Source: an uncultured Chloroflexia bacterium (lineage in GTDB: Bacteria; Chloroflexota; Dehalococcoidia; DSTF01; JALHUB01). From it: 64,000 bases of DNA. The notes below the pieces were generated by a model. The model worked only from the letters and a program-made list of their open reading frames with translations, was not told the DNA's origin and did not search any database. This document shows, in pieces, positions 1 to 10,690 of the stretch. The stretch is taken from positions 32,001-96,000 of the forward strand of contig CAVSBT010000027.1 of the NCBI GenBank assembly GCA_963726245.1, in the 5' to 3' direction. The position numbers and the translations under genes are program-made. Within the stretch, counting starts at the first letter, position 1. Every line of letters begins with the position of its first letter.

Positions 1-27
1 AGCCCTGCCAAGAGAGCAGTCCCAAAG

Positions 28-51
28 GCAGACCTGAAGGTCTGCAGCTAC
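28..51 (-). repeat. REP-like palindrome with GTAG foot
   Basis: Minus strand reads GTAG-CT-GCAGACC-TTCA-GGTCTGC, a GTAG tetranucleotide followed by a hairpin. Confidence 0.6.
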
Positions 52-77
52 GATGGTGGACCGTATAGGCTACATCC

Positions 78-128
78 CTGAGGGTTGAAACCCTCAGCTT
101 CGAGGAAGCTGCGCATTTCAATGCGCAG
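78..128. repeat. 51-nt triple-hairpin inverted doublet resembling IS200/IS605 ends (copy 1)
   Basis: CTGAGGGTTGAAACCCTCAG-CTTCGAGGAAG-CTGCGCATTTCAATGCGCAG; a second copy lies inverted at 47816-47866. Confidence 0.7.
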
Positions 129-142
129 GAGTCGTTCGTCTG

Positions 143-1443
143 ATGCGTAGTCTGCTTCCTTCTTCACCAGGGCAACATGTACTCGGGCGGGCAGGGCGTC
201 TACATGTCGAACGTCACCCGCGAGCTGGCCGCCCTCGGCCACGAGGTGCACCTCATCGTCGGGCCGCCCTGGCCGGACACCGCGCCCGGCGTTACCGTCC
301 ACCGCGTCAAGACGTTCAGCGTCTACCGACTGCTGGAGACGGGCCGCTTCTGGTTCTACGGCCGCGACCCCCTGGAGTTCTTCCAGCCCCTCAACTTCTA
401 CGAGCTGGCCACCAGCCGCATGGGCATGTTCTCGGTCATGTTCGCCTTCAGCTTCCGGGCTTACCAGACCTTCCGCGAGCTTTCGGCCCGCCACCCCTTC
501 GACCTCGTGCACGACATCCAAGTGCTGGGCTACGGCACGCTGCTCACCCGCACGTCAGGCTCAAACGGGCGCGGCGTACCGGTTGTGGCCAACATCCATC
601 ACCCGCTGTCCATCGACCGGCGCAACTCCATCCTCCAGGCGCGTTCCGTGCGGGAGAAGGTGCGCCGCATCGCCTTCTACCCCTTCTGGATGCAGGAGCT
701 GGTGGCGCGACGGCTGGACCGGATCATCACCGGCTCCCGCAACTCAGCCGTCTCGGTCGGAAAGGCGTTCCGCCTACCCGCAGGAGAAGATCGCCGTGAT
801 CCACGACGGCGTGGACGCCGAGACCTATCGCCCCCTGGAGGGCGCGGAAAAGGAGCCGGGAAGCCTCCTTTACGTGGGCAACTCCGAGGACCGCAACAAG
901 GGGGCCCGCTACCTGCTGGAGGCGCTGCATCTCCTGAAGGAGAAGTCGAAGCCGGCAGCGCTGGACTTCCACCTGACGCTGGTCGACCGGCCCCGCGAGG
1001 CCCTGGAGCTGGCGCCGCGGCTGGCGGCCGAGCTGGGGCTGGAGGATTGCGTGACCTTCTCGGGCCGCGTCTCCCGGGAGGAGCTGGTGCGGCTCTACAA
1101 CCGCGCGCAGTTGGTGGTATCGCCGTCGCTGTACGAGGGGTTCGGCCTGCCCGCGGCCGAGGCGATGGCCTGCGGCGTGCCCGTGGTGGCGACCACGGCC
1201 GGCGCCTTCCCGGAGGTGATCGAGGACGGCGCGACGGGTCTGCTGGTTCCCCCCGCCGATCCAGCAGCCCTGGCCGATGCCATTGGCCGTCTAATGAGCG
1301 ACGCCGCCCTCCGGCGGCGCATGGGGGAAGCGGGTCGGGCCCGCATCGAGGAGCACTTCACCTGGCGGGAAACGGCCCGCCGGACAGCAGGACTTTACGA
1401 AGAGGTCTTGGGCCTGCCTACGGCGCGCAGGCCGGAGCCTTAG
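143..1443 (+). CDS. GT4 family glycosyltransferase (frameshifts near 149 and 780)
   Basis: Reconstructed MRVCFLLHQGNMYSGGQGVY N-terminus; C-terminal PSLYEGFGLPAAEAMACG motif in the 583..1443 frame. Confidence 0.85.
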
Positions 1444-1661
1444 TCCTCGGCCGGAGGCTCCACCGGCGTCGTAACCAGGGCGCGCCCGATCCAGAAAGCC
1501 ACGTAAAGGGCGCCCAGGAAACCGGCCATCACCGGCCCGGCCAGCGCCCAGTAGCTCTTGCGCAGAACGCCGATGATGAAGACCAGCGCCGTCACGACGC
1601 TGGCGCCGCAGATCATGAGCCCGTACGTCTGCGAGCGCTGAGCCATGCTTCTCTGATCCAC
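1440..1661 (-). CDS. Small two-TM membrane protein
   Basis: Two hydrophobic helices; AGGGGG RBS 5 nt before GTG. Confidence 0.65.
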   Translation of the reverse strand: MDQRSMAQRSQTYGLMICGASVVTALVFIIGVLRKSYWALAGPVMAGFLGALYVAFWIGRALVTTPVEPPAED

Positions 1662-1772
1662 GCTGGCCCCCTAGAAAAAGATTCCAGACGCTGCCAACCG
1701 TCGAGCCGCTGGCAGCGTGGGTGTTATAGCAGGTGGGAACGCAGGTGTCAAACAGCTTGCCACGCGCGACAC

Positions 1773-1836
1773 GACCCCAGCGTGAACGCTGGGGCATCAG
1801 AAGGCAAACCCATGCCCTCGCCTTCAGGCGAGGGTC
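1773..1836. repeat. Inverted pair of REP/IS605-like hairpins
   Basis: GACCCCAGCGTGAACGCTGGGGCA and, inverted, GACCCTCGCCTGAAGGCGAGGGCA; both have TGAA loops. Confidence 0.55.
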
Positions 1837-1989
1837 AAGGATTCTCCCCCCGATGACAGCCTTATCGACAGGGCACCTGCGCCCCGTTAGAATGAAGCAA
1901 CATACGGGACCCCGGCGCTGGAGCCGGTCGGCGGCTACCGAGGCCGGCCACCATGTCTTTTCCCCCGGACAAGCGAAGGGAGGCGCTAC

Positions 1990-2985
1990 ATGCCGACGGC
2001 CCTCATCACCGGCATCACCGGCCAGGACGGCACCTACCTGGCTGAGCATCTCCTCACCCTGGACTACCACGTTTACGGGCTCATTCGCGGCCAGGCCAAC
2101 CCCAAGCGCCAGCTCATCGAGACCATCCTGCCCGACGTTCGCATCGTCGAGGGAGACCTGCTGGACCAGACGTCGCTCATCAACGCCATCCAGCAGGTAG
2201 CGCCCGACGAGATCTACAACCTGGCGGCCGTCAGCTTCGTCCCCGTCTCCTGGAACCAGCCGGAGCTTACCGGCGAGGTTACGGGCCTGGGAGTGCTACG
2301 TGTACTGGAGGCCATTCGCGTGGTGGAGGGCGCCAGCGCCTCGCGGCCGGCCCGAAACGGCCGCATCCGCTTCTACCAGGCCTCCAGCAGCGAGATGTTC
2401 GGCAAGGTGGCGGTGACGCCGCAAAACGAGGGGACACCCTTCTACCCGCGGAGCCCCTACGGCGTGGCCAAGGTGTACGCCCACTACATCACGGTCAACT
2501 ATCGGGAGAGCTATGGCATCTTCGCCTGCAGCGGCATCCTCTTCAACCACGAATCGCCCCGTCGGGGGCCGGAGTTCGTGACGCGCAAGATCAGCCGCGC
2601 TGCCGCCCGCATCAAGCTCGCCAAGCAGAAGGACCTGGTAATGGGCAACCTGGACGCCCGCCGCGACTGGGGCTTCGCCGGCGACTACGTGCGGGCCATG
2701 TACCTGATGCTCCAGCAGAGCGAGCCCGATGACTACGTGATCGGCACCGGCGAATCGCACCAGGTGCGTGAGTTCGTTGACCTCGCCTTCCGGCACGTGG
2801 GCCTCAACTGGAAGGACTACGTGCGCAGCGACAGCCAGTTCTCGCGGCCGGCCGAGGTGGATCACCTGACCGCCGACGCAACCAAGGCCCGCCAGAAGCT
2901 GGGCTGGCGGCCCACCGTCTCCTTCGAGGAGCTGGTACAGATGATGGTGGAATCCGACCTGAAGGCCGAGTCCGTCGGACAGTGA
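1990..2985 (+). CDS. gmd: GDP-mannose 4,6-dehydratase
   Basis: [40 protein letters not shown] and [10 protein letters not shown] motifs. Confidence 0.95.
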   Translation: MPTALITGITGQDGTYLAEHLLTLDYHVYGLIRGQANPKRQLIETILPDVRIVEGDLLDQTSLINAIQQVAPDEIYNLAAVSFVPVSWNQPELTGEVTGLGVLRVLEAIRVVEGASASRPARNGRIRFYQASSSEMFGKVAVTPQNEGTPFYPRSPYGVAKVYAHYITVNYRESYGIFACSGILFNHESPRRGPEFVTRKISRAAARIKLAKQKDLVMGNLDARRDWGFAGDYVRAMYLMLQQSEPDDYVIGTGESHQVREFVDLAFRHVGLNWKDYVRSDSQFSRPAEVDHLTADATKARQKLGWRPTVSFEELVQMMVESDLKAESVGQ

Positions 2986-3029
2986 GGGCCGTTGGCGGGG
3001 TTACTGCGGTAGTGTAGGATAGTCTGACG

Positions 3030-4379
3030 ATGGAGCCGCGCATCCAGTACGCACAGGCCGCTGATGGCGTCAGCATTGCCTTCTGCACGGTAGGAGAAGG
3101 CCAGCCTCTCGTGTGGCTAAACGCGTTGCCGTTTAGCCATATCCAACTGGAGTGGCAACTGCCCGATATCAGCACCTGGTATGAGCGCCTTGCTCAGCGG
3201 AGAAAGTTCGTCCGCTACGATTACAGGGGGTCCGGGCTCTCGGACCGCGACGTCACAGACTACTCGCTTGACGCTCACGTGCTGGACCTCGAGGCGGTGG
3301 TCGACCGGCTGGGCCTGGAGCAGTTCAACCTGTTTGCGATCTTTCACGCCGGGCCCGTGGCCATAGCTTACGCGGCGCGTCACCCGGAGCGGGTGTCCCA
3401 CCTTGTCCTGTGGTGCTCCTGGGCACGGGGCTCGGACATATCGGGGTCGCCGCTGATTCAGACAATGCGCGGATTCATAGGTCAGAACTGGGAAGCATTC
3501 ACAGAGACTGCGGGAGGTAGCTTTCTCGGCTGGTCGGTGCCTGAGTCGGCGCATCGATTCGCCGCATTCCTGCGCGCAAGCATCACGCCGCAAGGGGCCC
3601 AGGCGGCGCTGGAGGCAACGACACGATTCGACGTCACCGATCTCCTGCCGCAACTGCGGACGCCGACTCTCGTCCTGCACCGTCGCGAGCTGCGTTTCCC
3701 TGACGCCAGTGTCGCCAGACGCCTTGCCACCCAGATACCCGACGCCTCTCTGGTCATGCTGGAAGGGGACTCGATGGCGCCGTACCTGGGCGACGCCGAG
3801 GCCGTGTATCGGACCACTACCGGGTTCTTCGGTGAAGCTGAGGAGCCTGTGACGGTCAAGGAGCCGCCCGAGGCGAGCGGCGTTCACACAATCCTGTTCA
3901 CCGACGTAGAAGGGTCAACCTCCTTGACGGACCGGCTGGGCGACGCGAAAGGGCGCGAGGTGCTCCGCACCTATGAAAGCATCGTGCGCGATGCCTTGCG
4001 GGCCCGGGGCGGCTCCGAGGTGAAGACCACAGGCGATGGCTTCATGGCCTCCTTCTCCTCCGCGACGCAGGCGATAGAGTGCGCCATCGAAGTACAGAGA
4101 GCCGTCGGCGCGCACAACGAGTCGGCCGCGGAGCCGATGAGGGTGCGCATAGGTCTCAACGCCGGGGAGCCGATAGCCGAGAGGGAGGACCTTTTCGGGA
4201 CAGCCGTTAACATGGCGGCCCGCATCGCCGCTCAGGCCGAGGGCGGGGAGATCCTGGTGGCGAACGTGGTCAGGGAGCTGGCGGCGGGCAAAGGGTTCTT
4301 GTTCGCCGACCGCGGCGAAGTGATGGTTCGCGGCTTCGAGGACCCGGTGCGGCTGTTTGAAGTCAGGTGGCGCGCGTGA
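3030..4379 (+). CDS. Alpha/beta-hydrolase-fold domain fused to class III adenylate/guanylate cyclase
   Basis: Hydrolase fold (RYDYRGSGLS); cyclase motifs ILFTDVEGST, KTTGDGFM, DLFGTAVNMAARI. Confidence 0.9.
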   Translation: MEPRIQYAQAADGVSIAFCTVGEGQPLVWLNALPFSHIQLEWQLPDISTWYERLAQRRKFVRYDYRGSGLSDRDVTDYSLDAHVLDLEAVVDRLGLEQFNLFAIFHAGPVAIAYAARHPERVSHLVLWCSWARGSDISGSPLIQTMRGFIGQNWEAFTETAGGSFLGWSVPESAHRFAAFLRASITPQGAQAALEATTRFDVTDLLPQLRTPTLVLHRRELRFPDASVARRLATQIPDASLVMLEGDSMAPYLGDAEAVYRTTTGFFGEAEEPVTVKEPPEASGVHTILFTDVEGSTSLTDRLGDAKGREVLRTYESIVRDALRARGGSEVKTTGDGFMASFSSATQAIECAIEVQRAVGAHNESAAEPMRVRIGLNAGEPIAEREDLFGTAVNMAARIAAQAEGGEILVANVVRELAAGKGFLFADRGEVMVRGFEDPVRLFEVRWRA

Positions 4380-4445
4380 TGGAGCCGCGCACCAGCGCCG
4401 GCGCCGCCCGGACGCTGCGTGTCAATCTCAGCAGGAGGTAGGCCT

Positions 4446-4874
4446 ATGAGTAGCGAAGACGCACTGGCCAAGGTGCCTCTCTTCTCGCAGTTCAGCCGCA
4501 AGGACCTAGAGCGCCTGGCCAAGGGGACGGTGACCCGCGACTTTGCCAGTGGCAGTGTCATCGTCAAAGAGGGCGACCAGGCGCTGGGCTTCTTCCTCAT
4601 ACTCTCTGGGCGCGCCGAGGTGTTCAAAGGCGCAGAAAGCCCCAATCCACGGGTCATTAGCACACTCGGGGCGGGCGATTTCTTCGGGGAGATGGCTCTC
4701 CTGGACGGCTATATGCGTTCGGCGAGCGTGCGGGCGGTCGAGGACACCAAGTGCCTCGTGCTATCACGCTGGGACTTCCTGGCCGAGCTTCGCACCAGCC
4801 CCTACATCGCCATGCAGATGCTGTCCGTCCTCAGCCGCCGGCTGCGCGAAGTGGACTCTAATCCGCCGGCTTGA
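4446..4874 (+). CDS. Stand-alone cyclic nucleotide-binding domain protein
   Basis: GDFFGEMALL...RSASVRA phosphate-binding cassette; no HTH; AGGAGG RBS. Confidence 0.9.
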   Translation: MSSEDALAKVPLFSQFSRKDLERLAKGTVTRDFASGSVIVKEGDQALGFFLILSGRAEVFKGAESPNPRVISTLGAGDFFGEMALLDGYMRSASVRAVEDTKCLVLSRWDFLAELRTSPYIAMQMLSVLSRRLREVDSNPPA

Positions 4875-4931
4875 GCCAGCCTTAATAGAGGCTGGGCCCG
4901 GCGCGAGGCTGGGCCCAGATACTGACAAGAG

Positions 4932-5008
4932 TGGCGCGCTCGGCGGGATTCGAACCCACGGCCTCAGCCTCCGCAGGGCTGCGCTCTATCCAGCTGAGCT
5001 ACGAGCGC
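4932..5008 (-). tRNA. tRNA-Arg(GCG)
   Basis: Cloverleaf GCGCTCG...CGAGCGC-G-CCA; anticodon arm CAGCC-CTGCGGA-GGCTG. Confidence 0.92.
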
Positions 5009-5086
5009 GCGCGACAGGTGACAAGACTCGGGGATAAGGCGCCGGCGGGTCCCCGAGCGGCGTCCCTTGCCCCGTATACACAACCT

Positions 5087-5172
5087 TGGTGCCGAAGGGG
5101 GGATTTGAACCCCCACGCCCGTACGGGCACTACGCCCTGAACGTAGCGCGTCTGCCATTCCGCCACTTCGGC
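5087..5172 (-). tRNA. tRNA-Leu(CAG)
   Basis: Anticodon arm CTACG-TTCAGGG-CGTAG, long variable arm, encoded CCA. Confidence 0.95.
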
Positions 5173-5194
5173 ACGACCCGCCATTGCCGGACAA

Positions 5195-5271
5195 TGGTGG
5201 GCGGTACAGGGCTCGAACCTGTGACCTCTTCCGTGTGAAGGAAGCGCTCGTACCAGCTGAGCTAACCGCCC
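5195..5271 (-). tRNA. tRNA-Val(CAC)
   Basis: Anticodon arm CTTCC-TTCACAC-GGAAG, GTTCGA T-loop, CCA. Confidence 0.95.
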
Positions 5272-5372
5272 CGGCCTCGGGCAAAGGAAATTCTAGCAGC
5301 GGCTCGAATAGGGCGTCAAGCGCGCCGAGCGCTGGAGACCAGCCAAACACCCACTGGCAGAGCCGCGCCGGC

Positions 5373-6278
5373 CTACCGCAGCCGTGGGTCCAGAGCGTCG
5401 CGCAGCCCGTCCCCCAGGAACGTGAAGCAAAGCATTAGGAGAGCGACGGCGGCAGCGGGGAAGGTCACCACCCAGGTATTCACCTGGATGTAGGTGTAGC
5501 CGTCGGTGACCAGACGCCCCAGGCTCGCCGTGGGCGGCGGCAGGCCGAAGCCGACAATGGCCAGGGCCGCCTCGGCGAAGATGGCGATCGGTATGCCAAA
5601 CGTGACGGCCACAATCACCGGCCCCAGCGTGTTGGGCAGCATATGCCGGAAGACGATGCGCCGGTTGGTGGCGCCCAGGGCCCGGGCCGCCACCACGTAG
5701 TCCCGTTCGGCCAGCGAGAGCATCTGCCCCCGTACCAGCCGGGCAAGGGTGGTCCAGTTCACCAAGGCGATCGCCAGCATTATCTGGAGGCGGGGATTCC
5801 CCAGCACCGGCCAGTGGCGCTCCGAGAGGACAGCGCGCATAAGAATAATGAAGAGCAGGTCGGGGAAGGCGTAGGTTATGTCGGTTGCACGCATCAAGAG
5901 GTTATCGCTCCAGCGGCCGCCCAGCGCGGCGGCTGCCCCCACGGCCAGCCCAAGGAACAAGACGAAAGCCTGGGTGCCGAGCCCAATCTGAAGGGAGATG
6001 CCTACCCCGGTCAGGACCCGGCTCCAGTTGTCGCGGCCCAAATTGTCGGTGCCGAAGAAGTGGGCCCCGGAAGGGCCCTCCTGCAAGTGCTGATAGTCCT
6101 GGTCCTGGTAGGGATCATAGCGGAGCAGGCCATGGAAATATTCAGAGGCTATGGCGAGGGCTGCCACCACCAGCAGCACGACCAGGGCTGCCATGGCCAG
6201 GCGGTTACGCGTCAGGCGGCGAAAAGCGTCGGACCAGAGGCCTCTCTCGCGGGTCGGCAGCTCCCAGACCTTCTCCAC
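5373..6278 (-). CDS. oppC: Oligopeptide ABC transporter permease OppC
   Basis: HFFGTDNLGRD, EAA-like loop, FLGDGLRDALDPR; start uncertain. Confidence 0.9.
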   Translation of the reverse strand: MEKVWELPTRERGLWSDAFRRLTRNRLAMAALVVLLVVAALAIASEYFHGLLRYDPYQDQDYQHLQEGPSGAHFFGTDNLGRDNWSRVLTGVGISLQIGLGTQAFVLFLGLAVGAAAALGGRWSDNLLMRATDITYAFPDLLFIILMRAVLSERHWPVLGNPRLQIMLAIALVNWTTLARLVRGQMLSLAERDYVVAARALGATNRRIVFRHMLPNTLGPVIVAVTFGIPIAIFAEAALAIVGFGLPPPTASLGRLVTDGYTYIQVNTWVVTFPAAAVALLMLCFTFLGDGLRDALDPRLR

Positions 6279-6304
6279 CGGGCGCTCTGCGCCTCCATTC
6301 CTCC

Positions 6305-7261
<957 letters not shown>

Positions 7262-7273
7262 CGGTTCACAGCG

Positions 7274-7302
7274 GCGTGGGGCCCGCCGAGCGGGCCCCAC
7301 GC
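7274..7302 (-). terminator. Strong stem-loop between oppA and oppB
   Basis: 13-bp perfect stem GCGTGGGGCCCGC-cga-GCGGGCCCCACGC. Confidence 0.6.
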
Positions 7303-7333
7303 ACATTCTACTATCCTCGTGTCAATAGAGATA

Positions 7334-9082
7334 TCACTGCGCCTTGACGAACCAGTTCTCCACGCCCCAGTTGCCGGGTATTCCGGCATCGATGGCGCCG
7401 TTGGCGGTCAGGCCACCAATCTTGGGATCCACCAGGTAAACACGCGCCAGTTGCGTGATGGGCGCTGCGCCACAGAGCTTAGTGACGATCAGTGTCTCGG
7501 CCTCCTGGAGCAACTGGATGCGCGCGGCGTTATCCGTTTCCGTGGCTGCCGCCTTTAGCTTGGCGTCGATGTCGGGGTCGCTGCAGTTGTACTGGTTGTT
7601 GCCGCCACCCGTGTCGAAGAGCCCGATGAGCATGTTCTCCGGATCGGGGTAGTCGATCTGCCAGCCTCCCCGGAACAGCTGGAAGTCCTGGGAGTTGAAG
7701 CGTGACGACCGTGTCTTGGCGTCCACGAAATCTAGCCCGATGCTGACGTTGAGCACCGTCTTCCACTGGTTCTGGAGGAACTCAGCCAGGGACCTCTGGA
7801 CGGCGTCGTCCCGCATCAGCAGCTTCATCTCCGGGAAACCCTGGCCGTTGGGGTAGCCGGCGTCGGACAGCGCTTTCTTCGCCGCCGCCGGGTCGTAGCC
7901 AATGATGCTGTCGAAGGCCCCGTTGCCCTGGAAGCCAGGGATGCCCTCCACCAGCCAGTAGGTGGCGGGGATGCTGGCGCCGCTGTAGACCACGTTGTTC
8001 AGGGTCGTCCGGTCGATGGCGCGGGAGAGGGCCAGGCGCACGTTAAAGTCGGCGAGCGTCGGGTCCTTGAGCTGCATCTCTATGGAGTCCATGCGCCCCG
8101 TGCCCTCCAGCATGTAGGCCTTGGTCAACGTGGCGTCGGCCTTTACAGTCGGGATCTCGGACTCCGGGAAGTTGACGAGGTCGATCTCGCCCGTCTGGAA
8201 GGCCCGGAACGCTACCGACGTGTCATCAATGAACTTTATGGTGATCTTCTGGAGCGTTGGCTTAGGCTCCAGGGCCCAGTTAGGGTTGGGCGTCAGTGTC
8301 ACGTGGTCCTTGGGCACGAACTCGGAGATCGTGTAGGGCCCATTGACCGCGATGTTGCCTGGGTCGGTCCACTTCTCACCGTACTTGTCGATGATGTCCT
8401 GGCGGGCCGGGAAGGCCGACCAGAGGGACATGATCGTGGTGAAGGTAGTCTTGGGCTGGGCCAGCGTCACCTGGAGCGTCGTGTCATCAACCGCCTTCAC
8501 GCCCACGGCGTCGCGCAGCGCCGCAAGTTCTTGCGCCGTGGGTTGCTTGGGCTGGTCCGCCGTGCCCATCGCCCCGGCGTACTCGTCGCAGCCAACGACG
8601 CCCAGAATCGAGGCGCCCAGGATGTACTGGTAGGGGCTGGCCACCTCCGGGCTGCACGAGCGCAGGATGCCGTCCGCGTAGTGCTGGGCGATGAGCGGCT
8701 GGCCATCGGACCACTTCAGGCCGGACTTCAACTTGATGGTGTAGACGTTCCCGCTCACTTCTGGCTCGCTGGCCGCCATGGCCAGGTCCACCTTGACGCC
8801 GCCGTCCGCGCTCGGCACCAGTTGGTAAAGGCCCCGGAAGATCATCCGCTCTATGGAGATGTCCTGCTCGAAATTCGAGCGTTGTGGGTCGAAGTACTCG
8901 GGCTCGTTCTGCTGGATGGTCAGCACCTGCTGTGATGCGGGCGCCTTCTCACCCCCGGCCCCTCCGGTGGGGGTCACGGTTTCCTTTTTTTCGCCGCCAC
9001 CTCCGCACGCCACCGCAAACAAGGCCACCATGGCGACAAGGGCTCCCAAGAGAACGGGGAGCCGCCATCTCTTAGTCAGCAT
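7334..9082 (-). CDS. oppA: Peptide ABC transporter substrate-binding lipoprotein OppA
   Basis: Lipobox FAVA-C, KWSDGQP, NGPYTI, family 5 SBP architecture. Confidence 0.9.
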   Translation of the reverse strand: MLTKRWRLPVLLGALVAMVALFAVACGGGGEKKETVTPTGGAGGEKAPASQQVLTIQQNEPEYFDPQRSNFEQDISIERMIFRGLYQLVPSADGGVKVDLAMAASEPEVSGNVYTIKLKSGLKWSDGQPLIAQHYADGILRSCSPEVASPYQYILGASILGVVGCDEYAGAMGTADQPKQPTAQELAALRDAVGVKAVDDTTLQVTLAQPKTTFTTIMSLWSAFPARQDIIDKYGEKWTDPGNIAVNGPYTISEFVPKDHVTLTPNPNWALEPKPTLQKITIKFIDDTSVAFRAFQTGEIDLVNFPESEIPTVKADATLTKAYMLEGTGRMDSIEMQLKDPTLADFNVRLALSRAIDRTTLNNVVYSGASIPATYWLVEGIPGFQGNGAFDSIIGYDPAAAKKALSDAGYPNGQGFPEMKLLMRDDAVQRSLAEFLQNQWKTVLNVSIGLDFVDAKTRSSRFNSQDFQLFRGGWQIDYPDPENMLIGLFDTGGGNNQYNCSDPDIDAKLKAAATETDNAARIQLLQEAETLIVTKLCGAAPITQLARVYLVDPKIGGLTANGAIDAGIPGNWGVENWFVKAQ

Positions 9083-9527
9083 AACTTCTCCTCCTTGAGT
9101 CGGAGCTAGCAACCTGCCGTTTCTGGCCACCGGCTATCTCTGTGGAGCAGCTCCAGCCTCCTTTCATGTGCCACCGTAGACGAGACTGAACGATAAGCGC
9201 GAGCAGAGATTACCGCAAGTAGCCGCGCTCGTCCAGTAGCGAGGAGAAAAGGCGGCAGATCGGGAAGATGTTCTTCGCCCGCTAGCACATAAGCGGTCCT
9301 CGTGCTATAAACATTGTTCGGGGGGTCACGAGCTCGATTGGGCTCGTGGAACCCCTTTGGTTTGCCTTGTCATCTTGTCCCGTAGAGCCAGACACCGGTT
9401 CGCTCAGCAGGACCGGCGGCGATGAGGGTCTGGGCTCTGTCGCCCGGAAGGTTATCGGTAATGCCGCCCGCCTGGTCACGTGAAATGGTGGCCGGGCAGG
9501 CGCCAGGTGAAGTAAGGAGGGGCTCAG

Positions 9528-10661
9528 GTGAGAGACCTGTCTTCCCGCGCGGGGCCACTCCTCGTGGAGCAGAAGGACCTCGACCGGTTGTTCGACGGCC
9601 TCAAGAAGAGAGGCTATAACCTCGTGGGTCCTACTCTGCGCGAGGGCGCCATCACGTACGCAGAAATCGACTCTATCGCCAATCTCCCGGCAGGCTGGAC
9701 GAGCGAGCAGGACGGGGGCACTTATCGCCTTACCCGCCGCAAGGACCAGGCGCTCTTCGGATATACGGCGGGTCCTCACTCATGCAAGAAGTTCCTCTAT
9801 CCTTCCGTGACGCCGCTCTGGGAGACCAAGCGCAACGGCAACGGATTCAAGCCCATTGGGGGAGGCCCGGAAAGCCCCAAGTACGCGTTTGTCGGCGTGC
9901 GCTCGTGCGACCTGAACGCCGTCGCGATTCAAGACAGGGTTTTCCTTCAGGGGAAATACGTCGACCCCATCTACAAGGCCCGCCGCGAGGGCGCCTTTGT
10001 TGCGGCCGTCAACTGCGGGCAGGCAGGAGGCACCTGCTTCTGCGCATCGATGAACACCGGCCCCAAGGCGACGACCGGGTTCGACCTGGCCCTCACCGAG
10101 GTCCTGGAGGGACAGCGACACTACTTCGTCGTCGAGGTGGGCAGCGAGACGGGCGCCAAGGTGCTGGAAGACGTCCCGCACCGCGATGCAACCGCCGAAG
10201 AGAAGGCGTCGGCAGAGCGCACGGTGACGCGGGCCGCATCTCAGATGGGGCGGACCTTGGACACCACCGGCATCAAGGAGCTCCTCTACCACAATTACGA
10301 GCACCCGCGCTGGGACGAGGTGGCGAAGCGCTGCCTGACCTGCGCCAACTGCACCCAGGTCTGCCCGACGTGCTTCTGCACCACGGTGGAAGACACCACC
10401 GACCTCAAGGGTGAGCAGGCCGGGCGCTGGCGGAAGCTGGACTCGTGCTTCACAATGGACTTCTCCTATATCCACGGCGGCAGCATCCGCTCCTCAGCGA
10501 AGTCCCGCTACCGGCAGTGGATGACGCACAAGCTGGCCACCTGGATCGACCAGTTCGGCACGTCCGGCTGCGTGGGATGCGGCCGCTGCATCACCTGGTG
10601 CCCCGTGGGCATCGATATCACCGAAGAAGTCCGGGCCATCCGCGAAAGCAAACCCGCCTGA
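9528..10661 (+). CDS. Group 3b [NiFe]-hydrogenase (sulfhydrogenase) beta subunit, 4Fe-4S
   Basis: [16 protein letters not shown] and [13 protein letters not shown] motifs. Confidence 0.92.
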   Translation: MRDLSSRAGPLLVEQKDLDRLFDGLKKRGYNLVGPTLREGAITYAEIDSIANLPAGWTSEQDGGTYRLTRRKDQALFGYTAGPHSCKKFLYPSVTPLWETKRNGNGFKPIGGGPESPKYAFVGVRSCDLNAVAIQDRVFLQGKYVDPIYKARREGAFVAAVNCGQAGGTCFCASMNTGPKATTGFDLALTEVLEGQRHYFVVEVGSETGAKVLEDVPHRDATAEEKASAERTVTRAASQMGRTLDTTGIKELLYHNYEHPRWDEVAKRCLTCANCTQVCPTCFCTTVEDTTDLKGEQAGRWRKLDSCFTMDFSYIHGGSIRSSAKSRYRQWMTHKLATWIDQFGTSGCVGCGRCITWCPVGIDITEEVRAIRESKPA

Positions 10662-10690
10662 CGCGGGCGCCCGGGAAATGGGGAGGAAGA

